This document shows, piece by piece, positions 47,471 through 64,000 of a stretch of 64,000 bases of DNA. The translations under genes and the position numbers were made by a program. The stretch comes from the human T2T-CHM13v2.0 reference genome, Homo sapiens. Numbering within the stretch: position 1 is the first letter of the stretch; each line of letters opens with the position of its first letter. The DNA is taken from the NCBI RefSeq assembly GCF_009914755.1, contig NC_060925.1; one strand, given 5' to 3'. The notes beneath the pieces are model-generated. The model searched no databases, had not been told where the DNA came from, and saw only the letters and a list, made by a program, of their open reading frames with translations.

Positions 47471-47962
47471 TTATTTAGTCTTTTAATTTCTCTTAGCAAT
47501 GTTTTGTCATTTTCAATGTACAGATGTTATGTCTTCTATCAGATTTATCCCTATTTCATATTTTGATGGTATTGTAATTGGCATTATTTATCTCAATTTG
47601 ATTGCTCATTGCTAAGAAATAGAAATATTGACTTTTGTATATTGACCTTGCAACTTTATTGAACTCACTTATAAGTTCTAATAGCTTTTTTGGAGAATCC
47701 ATCCAATTTTCTACATAGATGATCATGTCATCTATGAATAAAAGGAGTTTTATTACTTCCTTCCCAATTTAGATGGCTTTTTTTTTCTCTCTCTTATTGC
47801 ACTGGCTAGAACCTCCAGTAGAATGTCGAATAGGTGATGAGAACAAACATCATTGCCTTATTCCCAGTCTTAGGGGGAAAACATTTAGTATTTCACCACT
47901 AAGTGTGTTGTTAGCAGTAGGGCTTTTACAGATATTCTTTATGAGGCTGAGTATATTCCATC

Positions 47963-48501
47963 TACATTAAGCCATTTTTGCATTGCTATAAATACTTGAG
48001 ACTGGGTAATTTATAAAGAAAAGAGGTTTAATTGGCTCACTGTTCTGCAGGCTTTACAGGAAGCATGGTGCTGGCATCTGCTCAGTTTCTGGGGAGGCTT
48101 CAGGAAGCTTACAATCATGGCAGAAGGCAAAGGAGGAACAGGCATGTCATATGGCAAGAGTAGGAGCAAGAGAGAGGGAGATTATGGGGAAGGTGCCATA
48201 CACTTTTTTTTTTTTTTTTAATGAATCCAGACAAGGTCTCACTATGTTGCCCAGGCTAGGCTGGTCTTGAACTCCTGGGCTCAAGTGATCTTCCTACCCT
48301 GGCCTCTGCCACACACTTTTAAACAAACAGATCTCGTGTGAACTCAGAACAAAAGCTCACTTATGACTCAGTTGATGGCCTAAGCCATTCAAAAGGGATC
48401 TGCCCCCATGATCCAAACACCTCCCACTAGGCCCCAGCTCCAACACTGGGATTACATTTCAACATGCGATTTGGGTGAGGACAAATATCCAAACTATATC
48501 A
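47963..48501 (-). mobile_element. MSTA-like MaLR LTR with a partial Alu inserted at 48205-48306 (-)
   Basis: gagactgggtaatttataaagaaaagaggtttaattggctcac...atccaaacacctcccac...aaatatccaaactatatca; insert flanked by gcca(t/c)acactttt. Confidence 0.88.
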
Positions 48502-48565
48502 CCATCCTATTTCAAGCTTGCTGACAGATTTCATCAAATGTGAATACAGGATTTGTACCAAATTA

Positions 48566-48940
<375 letters not shown>

Positions 48941-49019
48941 TTACTATAATGGCTAAAAGGTAAAAGACTCATCATATAAAGTATTGGTAAGAATGCACAC
49001 CAACTGTAACTCTCATTCA

Positions 49020-50919
<1,900 letters not shown>

Positions 50920-51211
50920 GTTGAAAAGATATTTACCTGAGAGAAATGAAAGCACATGTCCACACAAAGACTTATACATGTTGTACATCAATGTATATAG
51001 TTGCTTTATTTGTCATATCCAAACACTAGGAACAACCTAAATGTTCATCAACAGGTGAACTGGTAAACAACTGTGGTATATTCATACCACATACCAATAA
51101 AAAAAAAGGAATGAACTACTGATACCACCAATAATGTGGATGAACCTCAAAATAATTATGCTCAATGAAAAGAAACAAGACAATAAAGAATATATACTGT
51201 TCTTTGTATAA

Positions 51212-51512
<301 letters not shown>

Positions 51513-51735
51513 AAATTTTATTATTCTTTATACAAAATCCTTGAAAATATAAACATCCATAGAGACAGAAAGCAGACCAGTGGTTGCTTGGGGGTGAGGG
51601 TGGGGAATCAGGGAGAGGCGAGAGGAGGAATTACAAGGGGACATGAGGAAATGTTTGAGAGTGATGAATATGTCCATAGTGATTGTACTGTGGTTTCACA
51701 GATGTATACATATGTCAAAACTCAGTAAACTGTAC

Positions 51736-52078
<343 letters not shown>

Positions 52079-52222
52079 TAAAGTTGTTTAGAAATATAAT
52101 AATAAATTTTTAAAGAGGCTGTTAGTGTTACAAATCATGACTAAAATAACATATACATACATTCATGGGTGGGTAATAAATAAAAAAAGAAGAAGTAGTA
52201 AAATAACAGACACATAATATTA

Positions 52223-52539
<317 letters not shown>

Positions 52540-52583
52540 TTATACTCTGAGATTATAACCACAGACAAAGTGAGCAAAGACTA

Positions 52584-52815
52584 TAGGTTGAGTATCCCTT
52601 ATCCAAAATGCTGGGGACCAGAAGTGTTTTGAATTTCTGATCTTTATTTTAAAATATTTGCATTATACTTACCAGTTAAGCATCCCAGATCCAAAAACAC
52701 AAAATACAAAATGCTCCACTCATCATTTCCTTTGGGCGTCATATCAGCCCTCAAAAAGTTTTGGACTTCGGAGTACCTCAGGTTTCAGATTTTTGGACTC
52801 GGGATGGTCAACCTG
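52584..52815. mobile_element. Tigger4a/MER46-like TcMar non-autonomous DNA transposon
   Basis: TIRs aggttgagtatccc / gggatggtcaacct; TA dinucleotide on both sides. Confidence 0.8.
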
Positions 52816-52944
52816 TAGCAGTGAAGTGGGGAGAATGTCTTGAAATAAAAAGCAGCTAAGGCTCTCATCATAACATATAGTGTCAAAAGTGAGGGTTATT
52901 CTTGGTTTTTATATTTAGGGAAATATCAGTTAAAAAAAATTATG

Positions 52945-53531
52945 AGCTGGGCGCAGTGGCTCATGCCTGTAATCCTAGCACTTTGAGAGGCCAAGGCAGG
53001 AGGATCACTTGGGCCCAAGACTTCAAAACCAGCCTGGGCAACACAGCGAGACCCCATCACTAAAAAAAAAATTTTTTTAATTAGCTTGGCATGGTGGTAC
53101 ACACCTGTGGTCCCAGCTACTCAAGAAGCTGAGATAGGAAGATCACCTGGGGTCAGGAGGTTGAGACTGCAGTGAGCTGTAATTGCACCACTGCACTCCA
53201 GCCCAGATGACAGCGCAAGACCTTGCTTAAAAAAAAAAATTATGAGGCTGGGCGCAGTGGCTCACGCCTGTAATCCCAGCACTTTGGGAGGCCGAGACAG
53301 GTGGATCACCTGAGGTCAGAAGTTTGAGAACAGCCTGGCCAACATGGTGAAACCTCGTCTCTACCAAAAATACAAAACTTAGCTGGACGTGGTGGCGGGA
53401 GCCTGTAATCCCAGCTACTCGGGAGGCTGAAGCATTGAACCTGGGAGGTGGAGGTTGCAGTGAGCTGAGATTGTGCCACTGCACTCCAGCCTGGGTGACA
53501 GAGCGAGACTCCATCTCAAAAAAAAAAAAAA
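52945..53531 (+). mobile_element. Two tandem Alus (AluJ-like 52945-53238; AluS-like 53245-53531)
   Basis: Target motif attatga recurs before, between and after the two elements. Confidence 0.92.
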
Positions 53532-54436
53532 ATATTATGAACTTCGAATCCGGCAGACACTGGGCTTCCTATTTTAAAAGGCATCACTACCAACCTGTCA
53601 CCAGGTAGACAGACCCACTGGCTCCCAAGTCATAATCCTGTGTCTCCTCTAAATACCCAGAGCCAAGAAAGCAGGGCAGCACCCCTCCCGGAGGGCACAG
53701 GAGACCCACCAGTCCCTACCCCCCTGTCTGCATCAACTCTTACTCTAGTACCACACTTGATAGGTTCACATCCATCTGGAGCTTTGACCCTCATTGCCTA
53801 CGAAGGCAGGGATTCACTGGCTTCCAAACTGAGAAGGTACTACCACATTCCCACATGCTGAAGACACCCCCTTCAGGGAAGGCGATAAAACCCAGGGTTT
53901 CTGGCACAAGTTTGAACTCCTCCATCTCCCCAGCTGCTGTGGCTAATCGGTCCCCAAGTTCTGTGGAACCTACCCTGTCTAGGATTATTTCTGAAAGGTA
54001 AATTCCGTGATGGCAGGGCCCATGTCTCTCTTGTAGCTGTGTCCCTAGCTCCTAGAGCCACAGCAGGTGCTCAGGAAGTGGATGTGATTGAATGCATGGT
54101 GAGACAGGACTACAGAAGACATGCTGGAATCAAGCAGGTAATGATGTCATGCAGTAGGTGTTTCCTCACCTCCAACCCGGAGGTTCTGACAGGGCTCCTG
54201 TGCCCGGAACCTCTGCTCCCCTTCAGGCAGTGAGCCAGTTTCACTGATGGGAATATGCCCGGTATCAGGTGGGCTGGGTCAGAAACAAAGTTGAATGCCA
54301 CCACCAACCCATCTGCTTTCCAGTGACCCTCTCTCCTTCAGCCTGTGCTACTTCTTGCTTGGAATCTTGCAGAAGCCTCTTAGCTGGCCCCGTGGACTCT
54401 ATGTTCTCCCTGGTTTGATTGTGTCCTTCCTGCCCT

Positions 54437-54712
54437 TCTTTTTTTCTCAGAGATAGTCTCGCTCTGTCGCCCAGGCTGGAGTGCAGTGGCAAGATCTCTG
54501 CCTCCCAGGTTCAAGCAATTCTCCTGCCTCAGCCTCCTGAGTAGCTGGGATTACAGGCACCTGCCACCATGCCCAGCTAATTTTTGTATTTTTGGTAGAT
54601 GGGGTTTTGCCATGTTGGCCAGGTTGGTCTTGAACTCCTGACCTCAAATGATCCACCCTCCTCTGCCTCCCAAAGTGCTGGGATTATAGGCATGAGCCAC
54701 CCCACCCCAGCC
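54437..54712 (-). mobile_element. Alu (AluS-like) with internal deletion
   Basis: Reverse dimer lacking ggctcactgcaacc. Confidence 0.9.
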
Positions 54713-55528
54713 CCTAATCGACTTCTTTACAAACCTTATGACTCGTTAAGGTTTGTAACCCAAAAACTTTGCCTCCCACATTCATCAGAGTTGGCCCCAG
54801 TGACTTTTGGACATTTCCATGACTGGGATTGTTCACAATCATTTGCTCCCAGCTCCAGAGAGGGATTTCCAAGCAGCAATGGCAGTGCCCCTGGGACAAG
54901 GGGTCAGTGCTCACCCAGGCACGGCAGGCCTGGGTGTCATGGAAGCCCACCCTCCTTCCCAGAGAACTGAAGTTGTCTTTGGCACTGCCTTCAGGTTCCT
55001 GGGCACCTGGAGGGTGTCTATTTCTCACTGAGGTCAAGAGTTCCTTAAGGAACAGTCCTGTGACCTGTTCATCTTTATGTGCCCAGTGCCTGGCACCCAG
55101 CAAGGATGATGGCAGCAGAGCAGAGGAGATCTGGGCAGAAACAAGATTCAGTCTGGGTCACACTGAAAGTGTAATTTCTTTGGCTGTCCCCTTATCTGTG
55201 AGAACAGAATTTGTGGGAGGATTACGAAGCCAGGGCCAGAGTTGGAGGGCTTAGGCTTGGCCTGGGGACAGCAAGGAGCCTTGGGACTTTGTACCACAAC
55301 CATAGGAATGTGCAGAAGGGGCCTGGTCAGGAGTCAAGTGGCCTGGGTTCCACACAGCACTGACACTTACTAAGCCCTCTAACCCTGGAGAAGTTGTTTC
55401 ACTTCTTTGAGTTCTTGGCATCTGCTAAATGCGATGAAAATCCTATCCTCGCCCATTTCAGGGGGTAGCTGTGAAGAATCTAGAAGAAATTTGGAAATTA
55501 TAAAAGGCTATATAAATTACAAGGGCAG

Positions 55529-55825
55529 GGCCAGGCATGGTAATGGCTCGCACTTGTAATCCCAACACTTTAGGAGGCCAAGGTGGGAGCATTGCTTAAG
55601 TTCAGGAGTTCAAGACCAGCCTGGGCAACATAGCGAAACCCTGTCTCTACTAAAAATGAAAAAAATTAGCCAAATATAGTGGTGTGTGCCTGTAGACCCA
55701 GCTACTTGGCAGGCTGAGGCAGGATTGCTTGAGCCCAGGAGGTCAGGCTGCAATGAGCTATGATCACACCACTGCATGCCAGCCTGGGTGACAGAATAAG
55801 ACCCTGTCTCAAAGAAAAAAAAAAA
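55529..55825 (+). mobile_element. Alu (AluJ-like), just downstream of the PMVK 3' end
   Basis: Dimer plus polyA. Confidence 0.9.
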
Positions 55826-56114
55826 GCGGGGGGAGGGGGCACTTGCTGGTGGCACTTTCTATGGATCACAGCCTTTCATGGCGCTATACCAGAGGGTAAG
55901 GGCCTCAACCCAATCCCACCTCCAACATAAACAGGCCAGTTGCCTGTGGGGTGCAGCATAGGTCAACCTCTGAAGAATACATTCTAGCCAGGTGGGAGGT
56001 GGAACAGGGACCCTCCAGCCACCATGACACCCTAACGCCTTCTAAACCCCACCCAGGCCAGCTTGGCATCAAGGAAATGAGAGACAAGCAGCTCTGAGAG
56101 TGTGCTCCAAGAGG

Positions 56115-56120
56115 TTTATT
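56115..56120 (-). terminator. PMVK: PMVK polyadenylation signal AATAAA
   Basis: tttatt on + strand, 370 nt past the stop; U/C-rich downstream sequence on - strand (cttgtctctcatttcctt). Confidence 0.85.
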
Positions 56121-56489
56121 AGTATCCACACTGGGGAGCTCTGGGTTCTTGCCCAGAACAAGGGGCTGAGAACATCCAGTCAGGATGCAAGGCCACCACA
56201 GGCTGAGGGGACTGGCACTGGGGATATGGCAGGGTTTCGCCTTCAAGCACAGCCAAGACACCCTCCTTTGCCCTTGGAGTCTCCTCCTGAAGAGCATGGC
56301 TGTCTTCCCCATGGAGAAAATGAGGTCTCCAGAGGTTTCCTGCCTTGCCCAATATCCACCAACCCCCTCAGAATCTAGACCCCCCCTGTCTGTTCCTCAC
56401 CTCGGCCAGGATCGGGGGACACCCCCATTTTGCAGAGTCAGCCCCACCCCCACCTCAGCAGGCCCCAGCTCACTCCTAGAACCTAGTGA

Positions 56490-56626
56490 CTAAAGTCTGG
56501 AGCGGATAAATTCTATCAGGTTCTCCAACTGCTCCTCCAGGCGCTGTTCAACTCCATGGTTCTCGATGACCCAGTCAAAGTCCCCGAAGTTGTCCAGGCC
56601 ACATTCTGACTCAGCATCGTCCACCC
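56490..56626 (-). CDS. PMVK: PMVK last coding exon (exon 5), 137 nt including TAG
   Basis: Acceptor ttccttcatag|; reads (G)[44 protein letters not shown]; phase matches exon 4. Confidence 0.97.
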
Positions 56627-57714
56627 CTATGAAGGAAGCATGGTGAGGTCAGGCCTCAGCCCTCCAGACAGACAGCAGGCATCAAGGCCTGCTAACCCCA
56701 ACTGGAGTGGGCCCTCCCGGCCTCTCCTCTGCTACCCTAGAGCCAAGGGCTACCCACCCAGAAGGCACCTCCCTACCCCTGAAACACTGTGATGGCAGGT
56801 TCAGTAGCCCATAGCCACCTGGGCCTCTCAGCTGATCCCTCCTGACTTAATCCTTCACTTGCTACTGCCTACAGAGGGTGAATCGGGTCATCTAAAACCA
56901 CACACAACCCAAAAGGGCACTGTGTTTTCATTTTCTGTCAAGCTGGTTGTGTCCTTTTCTATCCCTAAATCTGTCTGACTCAATCCCCTCAGGAGGCAGC
57001 ATGTGCTGGAGTCAGAAGCAGAGGGTCAGGAGGCCAGCTCCTCCTCTCACTCTTTGTGACCCTGGGAAAGAGACTTAACCTTTCAGGCCAGGGCCTCATC
57101 CAACCATGGGTAAACTAATAACAGCATCTACCTGCTGAATCTGTTTTGATGGTAAAGTGAGACAGTGCATATAAAATGCTTAGCACAGGCCTGGACATGT
57201 GAGTGCCCCAGAAATGAGCAGCATTAGTAGTGGTCATACCCATTGGATCTGAACTGCTGCTCTAAGTCACAGTGATCTAGGGCAGGAAGGAAGCCTGAGC
57301 TGTGCTTCTGAAGCCCACAGAGCGGGTCCTGGGCTTGCACCACTGAAGCTCCCAGCAGAACTTCCTCTCCACTACTAACTTCTAACTCCACTACTGTGTT
57401 AAACAGAAGTGAGCTTTGTCAGGTTTGCCCCTGACCACTGTCAGCCCCTACTGGGCTGGAAAGCAAAGGTGAAGAATCATGGGGGTGGGTCCCAGCCAGA
57501 CCACCAAAGCAGCCCACTGGCCATGAGAAGATAGCCTAGGTTAAGCCAAGGGAACCTTGACCCTCAGGATTCTGTCCACCATGCTACTCCCTAATCAGGA
57601 GGCCTCAGATTCTCCTTTATCATCCCTTATTCACTTCCCCCAGGCCTGCCCGGTAGACAAACCACAGGGTGGGTAGCCTGTGTCCTCCTGTGCCCTACAC
57701 ATAGAGTGGCTCAC

Positions 57715-57844
57715 CTGGCGTGAACACCCAGCCCCGCTGCTGTCGGCTCTGCTCCAACGCTACAACGCGGACCGTCTGCGTCACGGCCCCATAGGCCTCC
57801 CGAAACCACTGGATGTCAGACACTCTCCGTGTGTCACTCACCAG
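57715..57844 (-). CDS. PMVK: PMVK exon 4, 130 nt
   Basis: ccctctcctgcag| [43 protein letters not shown](G) |GTGAGC. Confidence 0.97.
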
Positions 57845-58390
57845 CTGCAGGAGAGGGACAGACAGGTGACCAACAGGACAGGATGATAGAAGTGAGGGGA
57901 GGTGGGAGGACTACAGAACCCAGGGCAGTGTGGGGTGTGGCTCTACCCCCCCATCATCGTGAGCATGTCAGCAGCTAGACTCACTATTCACGGATTCATT
58001 CATTCATTGAACATACACCACTGAGTGCTGACTACATGTCAGGCAGTGCTGCTGACAAGTTCATTAATCCAATTAAACAAGTATTATAGTAAGTACCTAC
58101 TGTACGCTGGTCACTGTGCTAGGTGCTAAGGCTAGACTGGTAAGCAAAACAGACCCTGTGCCTGCCCTCTCAGAGCTTACAGTCTAGTGGGAGACACTGA
58201 ACAAGTATTCAGTAATCAAATAACCATGTGATTACAGTGTATGTCAACAAGTGTCTCAACCTCAACACGGCTGAAACTCAACTCCTGATTTCCTCTCCAA
58301 TCCTGTTCCTCCCCACCTTCCCTGTCTTAGAAAATGATAATTCTATATTTGTCCACCTGCTCAGAACAAAATCCTTGGTATAGTCTCTCA

Positions 58391-58925
<535 letters not shown>

Positions 58926-59837
58926 TCATGTCTCTCCTCTGCTTAGAACGCTGTAGTGACTCCCCATCTCACTCAGAATAAAATCCCAGCTCTCCCAAAG
59001 GTCCGCCCTGGGAAGTCTGACCTGACCTTCCACCACTCTGGCCACCTGGCTTGTCCTCAGACACACCAGGCACACTCACCACTCAAGCCTCTGCACTTCC
59101 TCCTCCCTCTCTCTGGAAAGCTACTTCCCCAAATATCCATTCAGTTATCCCTTATTTCCTTCAGGTCTTGCTCAAACATCATCATATCAGTGTAGCCTTC
59201 CCAGGCACCCTTAATAAAACAGCAACGCTTCCCTATCTCTCCTCATATCCTAGGCCTACTTTATTTTACTCCTTAGTATTTACCACTGCCTGATATATTC
59301 TGTATTTATTCTGTGCCTATCTCCCCGCCACCCTCAGCTGTAATGTAAGCTCCCTGAAGGAAGAGATTTCATTGCGCTTTTGCACCAATATATCCCCACA
59401 ACATGCAACCACACCTGGCAGAAGTAGACACTCAATATTCACTGCCAGAATGAATGAGGAAAAAAAGGGGTAGGGTGCTATAGGAGCACCTGCCAGGGAG
59501 CACCAGTTAAGACCTGAATATTAGGGAAGGCTTCCCTGTGGAGGTGTCATGTCAACTGAGCTGAAGCTAACCAGGGAAAGAGAAAGAAAGGGCAGTCCAG
59601 ACAGGTGGAAGGGCATGTGCAAAGGCCCTGATTCCAGAAGGAGTTCGACTGACTTGAGGACCAAGAAGGCCAGTGTTGCTACAGCTTAAGGAGTAAGGAG
59701 GCTAAAAAAGTAGCAGAAACTGGATCACACAAGGCCCAGAAGTTCATGTGAAGGATTTTCATTTTGTTCATGAGCACAATGGGAAGCCACCAAAGTATTC
59801 TAAACAGAAGAGTGACATCACCTGGTTCACGTTTTTA

Positions 59838-60182
<345 letters not shown>

Positions 60183-60384
60183 GGTCAGTCTGGCTACTGT
60201 GTAATGAATAGACCACAGAGGGCAAGAGCCACAGCTAGAGACCAGTGTGGAGGCTACTGCGACTGTCCAGGCCAGAAATGGTGGGGGCTTGGGCCAGGAT
60301 GGTGGCAGTGGAGACAGAGAGAGATGGACACAGCGAAGAGCTAGGGAAACAGGTGTTCTTCATGCTGCCATGGAGCCCTCTTAC

Positions 60385-60537
60385 CCAGATGGGCTGGGAG
60401 ATGCCCTCCACAATCTTCCTGCAAAAGAAGCCTGGGTCAGCCTGGCGTTTCTCCTCTCCCCAGCGGATCATGTCCTTCCGAAAGGCCTCCTTGTAGGTGC
60501 TGGTGTCCAGGAGTCTCTGGAAGTTCAAGCCATGCTC
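60385..60537 (-). CDS. PMVK: PMVK exon 3, 153 nt
   Basis: gggcag| [51 protein letters not shown] |GTAAGA (within ORF 60235..60552). Confidence 0.97.
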
Positions 60538-61538
60538 CTGCCCAAAGGACATTATGTCTACGTCACCGGCCTTTCAACCTCAGTGGTCTCTCCTAAAACA
60601 GCGGAAGAGCCATCCCTCACCCTCACCTGCCTCCCCCAGGGCTGATGCAAGGATTAATGAGGTTTCAGCCAGGACAAAGGTCTGCAAGGGCAAGAGTCTC
60701 AGCAACTAAGAAATCCCGATCACTGGTAGACAGAAGAAAGGTCTGGGGATAATCCAGAAATTGTTTCAATTTGTCTTTGAAATATGTGGCGTGGTTTCTC
60801 TTTTGCAAGTTTTACCTTCCCAATTATTTCTGGCTTAAACTAATACTGAAATTAGTTTGCATCCCCTGGGCAAAGGCTTAGCCTTCAACTAAAGTGGGAA
60901 ATCTGAGGGGGGAAAAAAAATCCTGCACTCCATGTCCTCCCACTAGCATTGTTTGCCCCCATCCCAAATCCCACGGAGATTGTGTCTCCTTTCTCTCCCC
61001 CTTACCCCTTCCCATCCCCAAATTCCTGGCGCCTTTGCTGAAACAGCATCACTCCATCTGGCTCTGGGCACTTGCAAGGCCTCTCACACCCAGAGGACCC
61101 CCAAGGCAGGAGAGGTTACTCTGACCACCCTGGGGAACTCCTTTCTCCCCTTTCCAAGCAGAGGGGTCCATCCAAAGGGATCCAGGATAGGAGGGGTCTG
61201 AAAAGCATCACCTCGTTCAGATTCTGGCTCCTCCATGAACTCACTGCAACAAGACCTTCTCCCCTCAGGCTCTCAATTTCTTGATCACCCACCTGCTCCC
61301 CTTGCTGCAAGAGGAGGTCAGTAGCCACCTCCTGCTCCTGAACCAGTTTCCCTCCAGGAGCGTTGTGGTCTACTTGTTGGTTATATTTCTTCTTGTGACT
61401 TAGGAAATCAATGCATGAACATTTCATTTTGGTTTTGTTTTTTAATGGGAGTGGGGGATAGAGTGGTGCTGGACTTGCACAGAGCAAGGGCAGTCTGGCC
61501 TATCAGAGTCTTCCATGGAGCTTTTAAAAATGCAAACT

Positions 61539-61853
61539 GGCCAGGCACAGTGGCTCACGCCTGTAATCCCAGCACTTTGGGAGGCCGAGGCGGGCAGATC
61601 ACAAGGTCAGGAGTTCAAGACCAGCCTGACCAATATGGTGAAACCATGTCTCTACTAAAAATACAAAACAATTACCCGGGCGTGGTCACCCATGGCTGCA
61701 ATCCCAGCTACTCAGGAGGCTAAGGCAGTAGAACTGCTTGAACCCCAGGAGGTGGAGGTTGCAGTGAGCCAAGATCGTGCCACTGCACTCTAGGCTGGGC
61801 GACAGAGCGAGACTCCGTCTCAAATATAAATAAAATAAATAAATAAATAAAAA
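61539..61853 (+). mobile_element. Alu (AluS-like), PMVK intron 2
   Basis: TSD aaaaatgcaaact. Confidence 0.93.
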
Positions 61854-62165
61854 TGCAAACTCCTGCTCCTTCTTCCTCCCGCCCCCCACCCAACCCCACC
61901 AGTCTCACTCAGTAGGACAGAAGCAAGACCTGTCTGGGAACTTTGGAAGATCAGTTTTGAAAGTGCTCCTGGGAGGCCTTTGGAAGTGCCTAGGCCCCAC
62001 TAGGGAAGGCTCAGTGCCTTCCCCTTCACCCCTTCCTTCCTCCCATCCCCCCACCACCACCCCACCACCCTGCAGCATCGCTCCCAGTCTGTCTCCTGGA
62101 TACAAAGAAATTCTGTATCCAGTTTCATTTGGGAAAGAATCCTGCTTAAAATTTTTGAAAACCAG

Positions 62166-62463
62166 GCCAGGTAAAGTAGCTCCTGCCCAAATCCTAGCAC
62201 TTTGGGAGGCCATAGTGGGAGGATCACTTGAGCCCAGGAGTTGGAGACCAGCCTGGGCAACATAATGAGACTCCCATCTCTACAAAAAAAAATTTTAAAC
62301 TTAGCCAGGCATAGTGGCATGCACCTGTATTCCTAGCTACTTGGGAAGCTCAAGTGGGAGGATCACTTGAGCCCAGGAGGTCAAGGCTGCAGTGAGCCAT
62401 TATGCGCCACTGCACTCCAGCCTGCGCTACAGAGCAAGACCTTGTCTCAAAAAGAAAAAAAAA
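62166..62463 (+). mobile_element. Alu (AluJ-like), PMVK intron 2
   Basis: Dimer plus A tail. Confidence 0.92.
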
Positions 62464-63199
62464 TAAACCACTTAATTTAGTTATTCTTACAATTCCTCAG
62501 GCTGCCACCCTATGAATAGGTCTGTTCAGCTGGTGAGAGATGACCCAATGCTTCCCATGGAGGCAAAGATGGCATATAGAAGGGGGGACAATTCATTTTA
62601 TGTGGTTCCGGAAACCACACTCTGGCCAATTGAGGGGCCAAAGCACACGTCCCAGAAGGGTGCACCTAGAGGTCAAGGGCAAAATGTGGCGACAAGAGGG
62701 CTCTTCACCATGTGGGAGGCTGATCTTGCCTTCCAAGTTCCCTTTCTGAAGTCTAAGATTCTGAGAGTTCCTGTTGACTTATTTTTTTTATTCTATTTTA
62801 ACGATTCTATTTTTTTTAATCCATGTGGTTCAAAATTCAAAGATACACATTAATTTACAGTCGAAAATCTCTCTCTCACCCTGTCCCCTCCCTGGGGGCA
62901 ACCAATGGTACGGTTTCTAACCTGTCTTTCCCATGCAGTGCAGGAACACATCCCAGGCACCTGAAACAGTGCTGAACATGAGACAGGCACCCTGTAAATA
63001 TTTGTTAAATAGCCAAATATATGAGCAGATATATTTAGAATTCTTTTACAATTCTTGGTCACAAAGTGCCTCTTCAGTTTTAGACAAATGTAGCATTCTC
63101 TACACACTGTTCTATATCTTGGTATTGGCTTTTTTTTTTTTTCACTTAATGATATATTTTGACAACTTCTGGGACTAAATTTCTTTTTTGTGTGTTGTT

Positions 63200-63349
63200 G
63201 TTTACTTTAAAAAAAATTTTTTTTAAAGAAACGGAGATGGGGTTTCACCATGTTGGCCAGGCTGGTCTCTAACTCCTGGACTCAAGCAATCTACCTGCCT
63301 CGGCCTCCCAAAGTGCTGGGATTACAGGCATGTGCCACCGTGCTCGGCC
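63200..63349 (-). mobile_element. Alu left-arm fragment (FLAM-like), PMVK intron 2
   Basis: Reverse left arm; actaaatttct on both sides. Confidence 0.82.
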
Positions 63350-63712
63350 TGTACTAAATTTCTAGGAGCAAAGTTCTAGGGGCTGTGTCAGGCCAGCTGA
63401 GTGAGAGGGTGGTGTGAGGAGGCACAGGCAGGTCCTTACTAATCACACAGCATCAGAGCTGCCAACTCGAGTGTCGACAGCCTTTCCTGGGCACACCTTC
63501 CTGAACTCACTCTGAAGGGAGGGAGGCTATTAGGAAAGAAATATAAGCTGAAAATGCCCCCGAAAGGTCCACTCACAGAAAACCAAGAGCTGGCCACCAC
63601 CCTGCCAGCAGTGGTGACGGGAATCATGCCAGTGACTCAGGCAGCAGCCACAGCTCCAAAGTCCTGGAGCCGGCCCCGCCCAACACACCGGATGCCACAA
63701 AGCACCACCTAC

Positions 63713-63776
63713 CTGAGCATACTGTTCCTTGAGTGGACCAGAGAGCCGGAGGACAGCACAGACATCAGCTCCAAGT
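63713..63776 (-). CDS. PMVK: PMVK (phosphomevalonate kinase) exon 2, 64 nt; exon 1 lies right of the window
   Basis: ccctgtcctgcag| (R)[21 protein letters not shown] |GTAGGT; joins in frame to exon 3 EHGL. Confidence 0.96.
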
Positions 63777-64000
63777 CTGCAGGACAGGGAGATCAGAATC
63801 CAGTTAGCCTAGAATTTCCAGGAGCTTCCATGTCCCAGAAAGGGAGTCAAGAGGCCTGTGTTGAAGTCCCATTTCTACTACTGGTATTATGTAACTTTGG
63901 TAGGTCTCAATGTCCCTGATCCTGTTTCCTCATCAGAAAATGGGGATAACACTTTCTGTTCTGTCTCCCACACAGGATTATTATGAAACTCTAAAGAATA

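Overview
Human (primate) genomic DNA from the KCNN3-PMVK interval (1q21.3 by recall). Both genes lie on the minus strand. The left end holds KCNN3 (SK3/KCa2.3) coding exon 1 (CDS 1320->370, polyQ tracts of 12 and 20) with its 5' leader and GC-rich promoter. The right end holds PMVK exons 2-5 (63776->56490, C-terminal SRL) with a poly(A) signal at 56120-56115. The ~54 kb between them is mostly interspersed repeats: more than 40 Alu copies or fragments, L1, L2, MIR, MaLR LTRs, one ERVK solo LTR with intact 6-bp TSD, and DNA-transposon fossils. There is no CRISPR array, RNA gene or additional credible protein-coding gene, and I cannot support a claim of a new biological system. The best leads are: (i) a 35-bp minisatellite built from Ig-switch-like pentamers with a 70-bp higher-order structure; (ii) an overlapping poly-Ser frame in KCNN3 exon 1 whose stop overlaps the internal Met181 as AUGA; (iii) two templated-insertion repair scars inside Alus; (iv) a six-Alu pile-up at one repeatedly duplicated target; (v) a consensus splice donor 3 nt inside PMVK exon 4. 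Repeat boundaries and subfamily names were read by eye and are approximate.
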